Positions 46,765-56,896 of a DNA stretch of 57,887 nt are shown here, in pieces (positions within the stretch are counted from its first letter, which is position 1; the number at the start of each line of letters is the position of its first letter). Origin of the DNA: Cyanobacteria bacterium P01_G01_bin.19 (GTDB taxonomy: Bacteria > Cyanobacteriota > Cyanobacteriia > Cyanobacteriales > Xenococcaceae); assembly GCA_039181635.1 (NCBI GenBank), contig JBCDCO010000001.1:1-57887 (forward strand). The letters run 5' to 3'. The notes beneath the pieces are model-generated. The model saw only the letters and a list, made by a program, of their open reading frames with translations, did no database searches and was not told the DNA's origin. The translations under genes were made by a program, and so were the position numbers.

Positions 46765-47256
46765 TTGTTCGTGTACAAAAATTATCAAGACAATCGACAT
46801 AGCCCGACAAGCCAGAATGGATTGATTATTGGTTGGCGAGAAATTGTCGCTTTGCCTCAGCTAAACATAGACAAGATTAAAGCCAAGATCGATACAGGAG
46901 CTAGATCTTCTGCTATTCATGCTTTCAATATCAAAGAATTCTTCGAAAATGGACTGCCGATGATTAGCTTTCAGGTTCATCCACTGCAACGTAGCGATCG
47001 CACTACCCTTTCAGCAAAAGCCCAACTATTAGAATATCGAGAAGTCAAAAATTCTGGAGGGACAGTCGAATTAAGACCTGTAATTCTGACAGAAATTACG
47101 CTCAGAGGACAAAAATGGACGATTGACCTGACCTTGACTAATCGAGAATTAATGGGTTTTAGAATGTTGCTGGGTAGAGAAGCAGTCCGCAATAAGTTTT
47201 TAGTTGATCCAGGAAAATCTTATCTGCAGAGCGATCGAAAAGATAACAATAATTAG
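46765..47256 (+). CDS. RimK-associated retropepsin-like protease (RimB / 'ATP-dependent zinc protease' family)
   Basis: [36 protein letters not shown]. Confidence 0.88.
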   Translation: MFVYKNYQDNRHSPTSQNGLIIGWREIVALPQLNIDKIKAKIDTGARSSAIHAFNIKEFFENGLPMISFQVHPLQRSDRTTLSAKAQLLEYREVKNSGGTVELRPVILTEITLRGQKWTIDLTLTNRELMGFRMLLGREAVRNKFLVDPGKSYLQSDRKDNNN

Positions 47257-47290
47257 AAGACACGAAAATACCAGCAACTTGCAACATAAT

Positions 47291-48196
47291 ATGAAAATTG
47301 CCATTCTTTCCCAAAATCCTAACCTTTACTCCACAAGACGTTTGAGAGAAGCAGGAGAAGAGAGAGGACATGACATGAGAGTGATCGACTATTTGCGCTG
47401 CTACATGAATATTACATCAAAAAAGCCTACCATAGTTTATCGAGGCAAGCCTTTAGAAAATTTTGATGCGATTATTCCTCGAATTGGTGCATCGAAGACT
47501 TTTTATGGTACTGCAGTGGTGAGACAATTTGAGGTCATGGATGTTTTTAGTCCCAATCAATCTCAGGCAATTTCCCGCAGTCGAGATAAATTGCGATCGA
47601 TGCAAATTTTAGCTAGAGAGGGAGTCGGTTTACCGATCACAGGTTTTGCTCACGCTACTCAAGACATAGATGGCTTAATCGAAACAGTAGGCGGCGCGCC
47701 TTTGGTGATCAAAATGCTAGAGGGAACTCAAGGTATAGGAGTCGTACTAGCTGAAACCTATCAGGCAGCAAAATCAGTAATCGAAGCATTTAGAGGCTTA
47801 GATGCCAATATTCTAGTACAAGAATTTATCAAAGAGGCTGGAGGAGCTGATTTACGCTGTTTTGTAATCGGAGATCAAGTAATTGCTTCGATGAAGCGTC
47901 AGGGAGCAGAAGGAGAATTTCGCTCTAATCTTCATCGTGGAGGAAATGCTAAAAAGATAGAGTTATCTCCAAAAGAGACACACACTGCTATTAGAGCAGC
48001 TAAAGCGATGGGCTTAAAAGTAGCTGGAGTCGACTTACTACGTTCTAACCACGGTCCTGTGGTTATGGAAGTTAATTCTTCTCCTGGTTTGGAAGGAATT
48101 GAAAAGGCAACAAAAATCGATGTGGCTGGCGAAATCATCGAGTTTGTAGTGAAAAATTCCCTGGAAGAAGAAGGCGATCGCTCTTCAAAGCTTTAA
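47291..48196 (+). CDS. rimK: Ribosomal protein S6-L-glutamate ligase
   Basis: [51 protein letters not shown]. Confidence 0.95.
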   Translation: MKIAILSQNPNLYSTRRLREAGEERGHDMRVIDYLRCYMNITSKKPTIVYRGKPLENFDAIIPRIGASKTFYGTAVVRQFEVMDVFSPNQSQAISRSRDKLRSMQILAREGVGLPITGFAHATQDIDGLIETVGGAPLVIKMLEGTQGIGVVLAETYQAAKSVIEAFRGLDANILVQEFIKEAGGADLRCFVIGDQVIASMKRQGAEGEFRSNLHRGGNAKKIELSPKETHTAIRAAKAMGLKVAGVDLLRSNHGPVVMEVNSSPGLEGIEKATKIDVAGEIIEFVVKNSLEEEGDRSSKL

Positions 48197-48249
48197 ATTC
48201 CACAAACAATTGCTCTCAATCGAATTACAGTTATTCATCAACAACCCCA

Positions 48250-49200
48250 GTGTCTGACAACACAATCGAAATTGCCAAAGAAATAGTTATTCCAGGACAG
48301 TTACGCCGTTTTGAGTTACCAGTAAGCCGTCTAGCTACTCAAACATTGGTTTCTCTTCCCGTAACTGTAGTTAACGGCATCGAACCTGGACCAAAGCTAT
48401 GGTTGAGCGCAGCAATCCATGGCGACGAAATAAATGGAGTAGAAATTATTGCCCGTGTCTTGGGAAGAGTTAACCCTCAAAAATTGCGAGGCACGATTAT
48501 TGCTGTCTCAATTGTCAACGTGTTTGGTTTTATCGAACAATCTCGTTATCTGCCAGATCGCAGAGATCTAAACCGATCCTTTCCAGGCTCGGAAAATGGT
48601 TCTTTGGCATCTCAGCTGGCTAACCTGTTTATGCGAGAAATAGTAGCCCGTAGCACTCACGGAATCGATCTACATACAGCAGCGGTACATCGCATTAATT
48701 TACCTCAGATTCGAGCCAATTTGAACGACGAAACTACTTATCGAGTGGCAAAAGCCTTTGGCGCACCTTTGATGATTCACGCTAAAACCATATCTGGTTC
48801 TCTGCGGCATTCAGCAGCCAAAAAGGGTTTACCTGTCTTACTTTACGAAGCAGGAGAAGCCTTGAGATTCGATCCTTTGGCGATTGAAGTTGGGGTCAAA
48901 GGTATTTTGAGAGTAATGAACTGCTTAGAAATGTATGACGATGAACTAACATCTTCCAGCGTCGAATCTTTAGAAAGTAGAAATAGTAAATGGATTAGAG
49001 CAGTCTGTGGAGGGATATTTCATTTAGAAGTGAATTTGGGTGAAAGAGTCGCTAAAAAACAAGAGTTAGGCTTTATCACTAATGCTTTTGGCGAGCAAAG
49101 AGTTCCAGTTCGTGCAGCTGTCAACGGTATCGTCATTAGCTACACTCAAAATCCTCTAGTCAATCAGGGAGATGCCATTATCCATCTGGCAATAATTTAA
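48250..49200 (+). CDS. Succinylglutamate desuccinylase/aspartoacylase (M14-like) family protein
   Basis: HGDEING, DLNRSFPG, IDLHT, LYEAGE. Confidence 0.9.
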   Translation: MSDNTIEIAKEIVIPGQLRRFELPVSRLATQTLVSLPVTVVNGIEPGPKLWLSAAIHGDEINGVEIIARVLGRVNPQKLRGTIIAVSIVNVFGFIEQSRYLPDRRDLNRSFPGSENGSLASQLANLFMREIVARSTHGIDLHTAAVHRINLPQIRANLNDETTYRVAKAFGAPLMIHAKTISGSLRHSAAKKGLPVLLYEAGEALRFDPLAIEVGVKGILRVMNCLEMYDDELTSSSVESLESRNSKWIRAVCGGIFHLEVNLGERVAKKQELGFITNAFGEQRVPVRAAVNGIVISYTQNPLVNQGDAIIHLAII

Positions 49201-49293
49201 GCCGCTCGCCATGATTAACTCTAATTACGTCCACTTGTAGTCATTCTGATCGGGCAAATTGCGTTTTGATGTGGAATCACATAAAACTACGTT

Positions 49294-49869
49294 TTAACTG
49301 CGATGTGCTTCAGCCATCTGCTTGACGTCTTCGGTGGAAACGCAGCGACGTTCGGAACAGTAAGCCATTAGACTGACTCCATTAAGCATCTGAACCGTAC
49401 TCACTCTAACCCTAAAATCATCCGTCAAAAACCAACAGCGTTCTTGTCCTTGATTGTTGTCGTAGTCAGTATTGATAGTTAAAATACCGTCTTCCCCAAA
49501 CCAGTAGCGGCTGATGACAGGTAAACCGTCCACGTAACCCTTATTGCGAATTAATTTACCACTTCGTCCTGTTTCATCATCAGGAACATCAATCAGAATA
49601 GCTGCGTAGTTAGGATTTGGTTCTTTTTCTTCCAGGTTATCTTGCCAGCTAAAGCTGCCGCCACCTTTAGCCAGAGCAGGATCGATTTTTTGTGCTTCGC
49701 AGACTTCTTTGACTCTAGGATCGTTTTGTTCGATGACTTTGACGATCAAATTGGATTCTCCTGATTCGTCACTAACAATATCAAAGTGATGAACGCTGCG
49801 TTCGGTATACCATTTTCCCTCGCTTTTGCGAAAAAACTCCATCATTGTCGTGGGTACAGTTAAACGCAT
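49294..49869 (-). CDS. Phycobiliprotein lyase, CpcS/CpeS family
   Basis: FFRKSEGKW..ERSVHH, R.KGY, ERCWF...FRVRVS, CSERR; GAGGAG upstream of ATG 49869; paralog subtype not assigned. Confidence 0.85.
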   Translation of the reverse strand: MRLTVPTTMMEFFRKSEGKWYTERSVHHFDIVSDESGESNLIVKVIEQNDPRVKEVCEAQKIDPALAKGGGSFSWQDNLEEKEPNPNYAAILIDVPDDETGRSGKLIRNKGYVDGLPVISRYWFGEDGILTINTDYDNNQGQERCWFLTDDFRVRVSTVQMLNGVSLMAYCSERRCVSTEDVKQMAEAHRS

Positions 49870-50008
49870 AAAAACTAGCTCCTCAAACATCTGCATCTAT
49901 ATTTTGGTCCTGCGGATATTATCGCAATCAAAGACTAGGATGATTAGACTCAACCGAGCAAATTTAAACTAAGTTAACGATGCAAATATTTTTTCTTTAC
50001 GTTAATTC

Positions 50009-51448
50009 TTAAGAATTTGCCCAATCTTTCGCCCACTCTAGAACTTTACGCACCTTTGGCATAGTACTCGCTTGACAATAGAGACGCAGCACTGGCTCTG
50101 TGCCACTAAAGCGAATTAACAACCAGGTGTTATCGTCCATTCTGAATTTGTAGCCATCAACATCCAAGCAATCTACTACAGGCATTCCCGCAACTTTAGT
50201 AGGAGTTTCCCGTGCCAAACGCTCTAGCAATTTTGCTCTAACTTCCATGTTTGCCAGGGGCAAGTCAATGCGATCGTAATGAGCCGTAAAATTGGTTTTC
50301 TGCTGCAGCCGAGCATAGATAGTACCTAAATCTTCGCCCGACTCTACTACGGCTTCTAATACATATAAAGCTGACAGTAGAGCATCTCGTTCTGGAATAT
50401 GAGTGCCATAGCCGATTCCTCCCGACTCTTCTCCACCGATCATTACTTCGGCTTGCAACATGCGATCGCCAATGTACTTATAGCCAATGGGTGTTTGATA
50501 CACAGATCTGCCATAGGATTCTGCCAAACGAGGTATGAGATCGGAGCCGCTGACAGTTTTAACTATTTCTCCAGCAAAGCCTTTTCTTTCGATCAAATGT
50601 TCGATCAAGATCGGAATCAACACTTGAGAACTCAAAAAATTTCCCTCCGCATCAGCCCCCGCAATGCGATCGCTGTCTCCATCGAACACCAATCCCACTC
50701 TCAGGCTATCAGGATGCTGTTTTGCTCCTTCTTTGATCGCTCGAAAGAAATCTGGGAGATATTTTGGCAATGGTTCGGGTGCGCCACCCCCAAACAAAGG
50801 ATCGCGATCGCTGTTGATTTCTTCCACCGCACAGCCTAAAAGGCGTTCTAAGCCAGTTGCTGCTGCACCGTGCATTACATCGACATAGACTTTAAGCTTT
50901 TCTGAAGCGATCGCGTTTTTAATAGCTCCGATATTTACCTTCTGGCGTAAACCTTGGCAATAACTTACCCAAGGATCGAATGTCTCTAGTTTTCCTGGCT
51001 TTTCGGCTTTTGACAAAGGTTGACCAATTTGTGCTTCAATCTTTTCGGTGATCTCAGGAGGAACAGAGCCACCAAAAGCGCTCTTTACTTTTAATCCTAA
51101 ATAAGCAGCGGGATTATGGGAAGCAGTCATTACTATCGCACCGAGAGCGTTGTAGGCTTTAGCAGCCCAACTAAATGCTGGAGTAGGGGCATAACACTCT
51201 GATAGCAAAACATCAAATCCCGATTCAATTAAAGACTCTGCGGTTACTCTAGCAAAATCTTCCGCCATAAAGCGGCGATCATAACCTACAATTACTGTAC
51301 GATTTGTGGCAACTTCTCCATAACTGTCAGCCAAAACTCTAGCGGCGATCGGAGCTAACATAGCAACACGCTCAAAGGTAAAGTCAGCTGCAATTACTCC
51401 ACGCCAGCCGTCTGTACCAAACTTAATTGGATTAACAGTAAAAGCCAT
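50009..51448 (-). CDS. Phosphoglucomutase/phosphomannomutase
   Basis: FGTDGWRG, TASHNP, DGDSDR, GGEESGG, RFSGTEP. Confidence 0.93.
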   Translation of the reverse strand: MAFTVNPIKFGTDGWRGVIAADFTFERVAMLAPIAARVLADSYGEVATNRTVIVGYDRRFMAEDFARVTAESLIESGFDVLLSECYAPTPAFSWAAKAYNALGAIVMTASHNPAAYLGLKVKSAFGGSVPPEITEKIEAQIGQPLSKAEKPGKLETFDPWVSYCQGLRQKVNIGAIKNAIASEKLKVYVDVMHGAAATGLERLLGCAVEEINSDRDPLFGGGAPEPLPKYLPDFFRAIKEGAKQHPDSLRVGLVFDGDSDRIAGADAEGNFLSSQVLIPILIEHLIERKGFAGEIVKTVSGSDLIPRLAESYGRSVYQTPIGYKYIGDRMLQAEVMIGGEESGGIGYGTHIPERDALLSALYVLEAVVESGEDLGTIYARLQQKTNFTAHYDRIDLPLANMEVRAKLLERLARETPTKVAGMPVVDCLDVDGYKFRMDDNTWLLIRFSGTEPVLRLYCQASTMPKVRKVLEWAKDWANS

Positions 51449-51552
51449 AAAAATAAAGATTTAAATATTTACGATGATGACACTTTCCAGATTAACTGTT
51501 TCTAGCTAGTTTGAAAACTGAAGATTAATCAAAGAGATAGTTTTACTAAAAG

Positions 51553-51873
51553 TCAATCTCGATTCAATTCAATTTCTCGCTCTTGCTCGATATTGCTCAT
51601 CAGATCTATTAATCTCATCCTTTCAATATAAGGCCAACCACCTTTTTCTTCTATATCTTTGACAAACTGATATAGATCGTTCCTAGTTTGGGGTAAGGCT
51701 CCTTCAAAAAACTCTACTCTAATTTGACGATGGATTTTTTCTAGATCCCTCAGTAAAGAGAGCAAAAATAGACTGTCACCACGACGATCTTCTGCTAGAG
51801 TACGAATATTTTTTGCTGCCTCTCCTAAGACATTGTCCGAACTGACTTTACTTACATCTCGATCTTGAGTCAT
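51553..51873 (-). CDS. Conserved cyanobacterial hypothetical protein
   Basis: LLSLLRDLE.IHR.IR...LP..R..LY....IEEKGGWPYIERM. Confidence 0.75.
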   Translation of the reverse strand: MTQDRDVSKVSSDNVLGEAAKNIRTLAEDRRGDSLFLLSLLRDLEKIHRQIRVEFFEGALPQTRNDLYQFVKDIEEKGGWPYIERMRLIDLMSNIEQEREIELNRD

Positions 51874-52279
51874 TTATTTGCAGTAGAGTAAAATTAAACT
51901 TTGTCTACTCTATACAAAGTTTACCCTTTTTGTAGTTAAATATAAGATTTTCATCCAATCTTGCTCTCTTCAGTGGCGATTTTTTAGACATAATCTTTAA
52001 CACTCGAAAGCAAACTTATATCCCCGTCCTTATCTCCCTATTTTTCTACTTTCAAATCTTGGCAAACTTCTTTCGAGAATAAATTCAGCGTCAAGCGGAT
52101 TATTAGTAGTCCTTATTTGGTAGAGTATATAGCATCTATAAAAATGGGTAAATTCATAAAAACAGCCTATTTCCGACATCTTTCGCGCTTGATGTCATCT
52201 ATAGCTCTGCTGTAAAGAGCAGAACTATAGATGATTATCTTCCGCAGTTAAATCTAAAATTGACAAAATGAAGTTGACT

Positions 52280-53107
52280 ATGAGATACCGTACGATTATT
52301 GCTAGCTTAATGGCTTTATGCTTGAGCGTGCTAACAGCCTGTGGTGATTCCACAGAATTAAGCAGAAATGAATTGACCTACGACGATATTGTAAATACTG
52401 GGATAGCTAATACTTGTTTGGAGTTGCCAGATAGCAGTCGCGGTACTATTCCCATCACTGCTGGCGAATCCTATGCAATTCGCGATCTTTGTTTGGAACC
52501 TAGAGAATATTTCGTTAAGGAAGAACCAGTCAGCAAACGTCAAAAAGCTGAGTTTGTTCAGGGTAAGCTTTTGACTAGATATACCTCTAGTTTAGATCAG
52601 ATACAAGGCACTATCGATGCTAATGACGACGGCACTTTAACCTTTACTGAAATTGATGGAATCGATTTTCAACCTGCCACTGTATTACTACCTGGTGGAA
52701 AAGAAGTTCCTTTCTTATTCACGATGAAAAAGCTAAAAGCAACTACTACAGCTAGTGCCGATAGCATCAATACTTCCACTGACTTTGAAGGCGAATTCGA
52801 TGTTCCTTCTTATCGAGGACAAGTATTTCTAGATCCCAAAGGACGTAGTTTAGCTAGTGGTTACGACAACGCCGTAGCTTTACCTGGACTTGCCGATGAC
52901 TCTAGATTCTCTAATGCTAATGTTAAAGAATTTGTTTCTCGCAAAGGCACAATGTCTCTTAATATCACCAAAATAGATAGCGAAACTGGAGAAATTGCTG
53001 GCGTATTTGAAAGCGAACAACCATCTGCTACTGACTTGGGTGCAGAAGAGCCTGAAGAAGTAAAAATTCGTGGAATTTTCTACGGCAGAGTTGAATCTAA
53101 TGCTTAA
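52280..53107 (+). CDS. psbO: PSII manganese-stabilising protein
   Basis: LTYDDIVNTG.AN.C, CLEP..YFVKEE, DGIDFQ, VPSYRG..FLDPKGR, EQPS.TDLG; alternative start 52268. Confidence 0.96.
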   Translation: MRYRTIIASLMALCLSVLTACGDSTELSRNELTYDDIVNTGIANTCLELPDSSRGTIPITAGESYAIRDLCLEPREYFVKEEPVSKRQKAEFVQGKLLTRYTSSLDQIQGTIDANDDGTLTFTEIDGIDFQPATVLLPGGKEVPFLFTMKKLKATTTASADSINTSTDFEGEFDVPSYRGQVFLDPKGRSLASGYDNAVALPGLADDSRFSNANVKEFVSRKGTMSLNITKIDSETGEIAGVFESEQPSATDLGAEEPEEVKIRGIFYGRVESNA

Positions 53108-53168
53108 TCTTAAGTAGGCTTAATTTTAACTATTTAATTTACCAGCTTGTTAAAGCTAACATTAGAGT

Positions 53169-53196
53169 AAAAAGGGAAGCACATGCTTCCCTTTTT
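53169..53196 (+). terminator. Intrinsic terminator after psbO (possibly bidirectional)
   Basis: AAAAAGGGAAGC-acat-GCTTCCCTTTTT perfect stem. Confidence 0.88.
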
Positions 53197-53422
53197 ATTG
53201 TTTTTTTATTAGTAAAAATACTCATAAAGGTTATTTATACGGAAAATTTTAAGTAGAATCCTCGTCTTAATTCTAACTTTATAAACTAAAAATAGTAGAA
53301 ATGCTGTTGTCTGAAATAGAGAGTAAACAATAAGCTAAAAAAGTCTTGAGAAGAATTTTATTTACATTAGATAAGTTATTAGCTTTTAAATTTTATATTG
53401 CTCTCTATCCAGGAATAAATTA

Positions 53423-54199
53423 ATGACAACTTGCGTTAATAAAAATATTAAAATAGATAGTCTTCATTTATTTCATCGATATCAAAAAAACAAAACTACT
53501 GATATCCGCAATGAAATTATGGAATTAAACTTTGGACTAGTAAAGAAAGAAGCATATCATTGGATGAATCAGTGTAATGAGAGCTATGAAGATTTACTAC
53601 AGGTTGGCTCTATTGGATTAATTAGAGCTATCGAACGTTTCTGTGTAGAAAAAGGAAATGCCTTTAGCTCTTTTGCTATCCCATATATTCGAGGTGAAAT
53701 TCAACATTATCTCAGAGACAAGAGCTGTACGTTGAGAATTCCTAGAAGATGGCTCGAACTCAGGCAGCAATCGATCGCCTTCGTCCATAACTTTAGAGAA
53801 AAAAATCATCGTCAACCAAGCAACTTGGAAATTGCAGAATATTTGCAGGTATCGATTAAAGAATGGCAAGATATCAAATTAGCATATCAAAATCGCAAAC
53901 CACTTAGTTTAGATATTGCTGTTAATAATGATGTCGAAAGTCAAACGAGTTTGGGAGATTTAGTAGCAGATCCTAAATATCGTAGTTTTCACTTAGTTTA
54001 TGAAGATAAAGTACGTCTACAGCAAGCTTTGGGAGAATTGGAAGACCGAACCAGAAATGTTTTAGAATTTGTTTTTTTGCACGATTTAACTCAAAAAGAA
54101 ACCGCTAAAGTCTTAGGTATTAGCGTAGTCACTGTTTCCCGCCAATTAAAGAAAGGATTGAATTTACTCAAGAAATCAATGGTACAGGAAAATCAATAA
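53423..54199 (+). CDS. sigF: RNA polymerase sigma factor SigF (group 3)
   Basis: LN.GLV.KEA.HW, YEDLLQVG.IGLIRAIERF, FSSFAIPYIRGEIQHYLRD, LTQKETA..LGISVVTVSR. Confidence 0.9.
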   Translation: MTTCVNKNIKIDSLHLFHRYQKNKTTDIRNEIMELNFGLVKKEAYHWMNQCNESYEDLLQVGSIGLIRAIERFCVEKGNAFSSFAIPYIRGEIQHYLRDKSCTLRIPRRWLELRQQSIAFVHNFREKNHRQPSNLEIAEYLQVSIKEWQDIKLAYQNRKPLSLDIAVNNDVESQTSLGDLVADPKYRSFHLVYEDKVRLQQALGELEDRTRNVLEFVFLHDLTQKETAKVLGISVVTVSRQLKKGLNLLKKSMVQENQ

Positions 54200-54351
54200 T
54201 ATTTTGAAATATGGCTGATTTTAAAATCAATTGCTATGTTGGAGTTTCAGTCGAGCTATATCAAACTTAATTTTGATAGATAAAATCGGCTAATTTAATT
54301 GCTGAGCTAAATATTAAAGAGGATCGATTAGTAGATTCTTGTCTTTTTATT

Positions 54352-55122
54352 ATGAATAAAACAGTATTATTGGCATTAACCATTATCATCACTTCAATGG
54401 CTGGAGGCTGCTCTTTCTTAGGAAATGCGAAGAAGGATTTTGATGAAAGTACGAGTAAGCCTCTTCCCAAAGTTAAATCTACAGCCGCACCAGTAGAGAC
54501 AGCAGAGACAGAAGAGGAGGAAGAATTAGCCGAATCCGAAGAAGATACGGAAGCTACTCAAAAAATTGCAGGTTTGATACCGACAACTGATGCAGAGACA
54601 AGAGTAAGAAATATTGTTCGAGGCAGACAAGATCCTTTCTCTGTTGTTTCTCTTGTGCCTAAAATTGAAATTGAAGAGGCAGAAATAGATTTACCTCGAC
54701 CATCTAATATTCGCAACGATAGAGAACGCACTCGTCAGAGTCGCGACACAGATAGCAACGATAAACCACTCAGTTTAATCGATGAATTTAGAACAGAACT
54801 AGCGCAACAAGTCGTTATTTCTGGTTTGTATGAATCTAATGGCTCGACTAAAATAATTGTTCAGGCACCAGAAGAGGACAACAGTCGCTACGTCGAAGTT
54901 GGTCAATATCTATCTAACGGTCAAGTATTGGTTAAACGTATCGATCCCTATCATTTTCCTACCCCTCTGGTAATTCTGGAGCAGTCAGGAGTAGAGATTG
55001 CTAAAGAAATCGGAGAAACAGCGACAGATGGCAAAAGTAGAGTTGGTAGTTTACCTCTAGATCAGTCTGGAAATCGAACTATTGTTTCTGGCGTTTCTTT
55101 GAGTACAGAAGATATTAGATAG
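54352..55122 (+). CDS. Lipoprotein, PilP-like
   Basis: Lipobox MAGG-C; GRQDPF; ISG...IIV.AP...RYVEVGQYL.NG..LV..I. Confidence 0.55.
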   Translation: MNKTVLLALTIIITSMAGGCSFLGNAKKDFDESTSKPLPKVKSTAAPVETAETEEEEELAESEEDTEATQKIAGLIPTTDAETRVRNIVRGRQDPFSVVSLVPKIEIEEAEIDLPRPSNIRNDRERTRQSRDTDSNDKPLSLIDEFRTELAQQVVISGLYESNGSTKIIVQAPEEDNSRYVEVGQYLSNGQVLVKRIDPYHFPTPLVILEQSGVEIAKEIGETATDGKSRVGSLPLDQSGNRTIVSGVSLSTEDIR

Positions 55123-55157
55123 TTAACACTTACTGTATTCCAGGCTATTATCTTCAC

Positions 55158-55196
55158 AGCGATCGCTTACTTGATTGATTAAAGCGATCGCTTTTT
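55158..55196 (+). terminator. Hairpin built from two HIP1 sites plus T-run
   Basis: AGCGATCGCTT-13 nt-AAGCGATCGCT-TTTT. Confidence 0.6.
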
Positions 55197-55291
55197 GCAT
55201 TGTTATTTCTACCCCTAATGCAAAACAAAATATAGATTATGTCTATAAAATATTAATAGTCATAGATAGTTAGGTATCAAGCATAAAATTT

Positions 55292-55888
55292 ATGAATGAA
55301 AAAGCAGGGTTGCTAGAAGCTATTGCTGGCAAAAATCGTGGTTTACTGGCTAATGAAATCGATAATGTCAAAGTTCTCTCAGCAATTCAACACTTAGAAG
55401 ATATCAATCCTACTCGCAAACCTTTAGAAGCGAAAGAATTGCTACAGGGAGATTGGCGATTGCTGTACACCACGAGCAAAGGTATTTTAGGTTTAGACCG
55501 TTTTCCTTTGTTTAAGCTAGGGCAAATTTATCAATGTATCCGCACCTCTGAAGCAAAAGTTTATAACATTGCCGAGATCGTTGGTCTGCCTATGCTAGAA
55601 GGTTTAGTAAGCGTAGCAGCAACCTTCGAACCAGTATCAGAAACCCGCGTTAACGTAATTTTTGAAAGATCCATAATTGGCTTGCAGAGATTTTTTAGTT
55701 ACAACACTCCCAAAAAATTTATTCAGCAGATCGAATCGGGAAAAAAGTTTCTACCTTTAGATTTTAAAATCGACCGACAAGACCAAAAAGGCTGGTTAGA
55801 AATTACTTATCTCGATGAGGATATGAGAATTGGTAGAGGTAATGAAGGAAATGTTTTCGTCCTTACCAAAGAGGCTAATTTTGCCTAA
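55292..55888 (+). CDS. PAP/fibrillin family protein
   Basis: NRGL, LE..NPT..P, L.GDWRLLYTT, GWLEITYLDEDMRIGRGNEG. Confidence 0.92.
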   Translation: MNEKAGLLEAIAGKNRGLLANEIDNVKVLSAIQHLEDINPTRKPLEAKELLQGDWRLLYTTSKGILGLDRFPLFKLGQIYQCIRTSEAKVYNIAEIVGLPMLEGLVSVAATFEPVSETRVNVIFERSIIGLQRFFSYNTPKKFIQQIESGKKFLPLDFKIDRQDQKGWLEITYLDEDMRIGRGNEGNVFVLTKEANFA

Positions 55889-56008
55889 TTACATTTGCAT
55901 AATTCCTACTGTCAGCTGCAATACGACCGCAATAATGGAGTGTTATCCGTAAATCTGGTAGATCGAGAAAGTTTTACAATCAACAACAAGTAAAAAAGAA
56001 TTTTTATT

Positions 56009-56875
56009 ATGTTACGAAAAATTGTAATTCTGTTCGTGTCATTGTCGCTGTGTTGGACTACAGTTAGCTGTTCGGGTTCTTCAACTTCGATGCAGTCTCA
56101 GCCAGCTTTTAGCAATAATGCTAGTCTCCAGTCTGCACCATCGACAATCGAAGATGGTAAATATCCCATACAGCAAGCTACCTATGACGATGTCAGCGGT
56201 GAATATAGTCTGATGTTGTTAAATACTCCCCCTGGAAGTTCTCCCATACTCCAAACCGCGCAGGTACAAATGGCGCGTATCGGTGAAGAAGCTGCAGCCA
56301 ATGGAGAAGAGACTTATCTTCAGGTAGATGATGGTCAACCCACAATGTATTTAACTCCAGATTTTAGAATCGAATACGTTCATAATGTTACAGAGACCCA
56401 AACTAATCCTCAAACTGGTCAACCTCAGACCGTGGTAGTCAGAAGAGAATCTAGCTTTTGGACTCCTTTTGCAGGCGCTTTAGCGGGACAAGCCATCGGC
56501 AATATGTTATTTCGTCCTCAATATTACATTCCTCCCGTGTATCAGCCTGGTGGAATCTTAACTGGTTATGGCGGTTACGGTAATAGCTACTCTCAGGCAG
56601 TAAATCGCTATCAAGAACGTTATAATGCACCTCCTGCAGCGGTCAAAAATCGCCGTACTTTAAGAACGACTGGTAGCGTGCGTAATGCTTCTAAGAGCAG
56701 ACCAAGCAAATCTTTGAAAAATAACAGTCGAGCCACTGGTTCGGGGATTGGCTCTAGCACCCTCCGCTCTTCAGGTAAATCCAGACAGCTAAAAAGGAGA
56801 GGCGGGAGCTTTGGTAGTAGTTCGGGTATGAGAAGATCCACCCGTAGCTTTGGTGGTGGAAGAAAAAGACGATAG
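56009..56875 (+). CDS. Lipoprotein with basic Gly/Ser/Arg-rich tail
   Basis: TTVS-C lipobox; FWTPFAGALAGQAIG; RGGSFGSS..RSFGGG tail. Confidence 0.75.
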   Translation: MLRKIVILFVSLSLCWTTVSCSGSSTSMQSQPAFSNNASLQSAPSTIEDGKYPIQQATYDDVSGEYSLMLLNTPPGSSPILQTAQVQMARIGEEAAANGEETYLQVDDGQPTMYLTPDFRIEYVHNVTETQTNPQTGQPQTVVVRRESSFWTPFAGALAGQAIGNMLFRPQYYIPPVYQPGGILTGYGGYGNSYSQAVNRYQERYNAPPAAVKNRRTLRTTGSVRNASKSRPSKSLKNNSRATGSGIGSSTLRSSGKSRQLKRRGGSFGSSSGMRRSTRSFGGGRKRR

Positions 56876-56896
56876 TTATCGCAGATAGAGCGCTTT

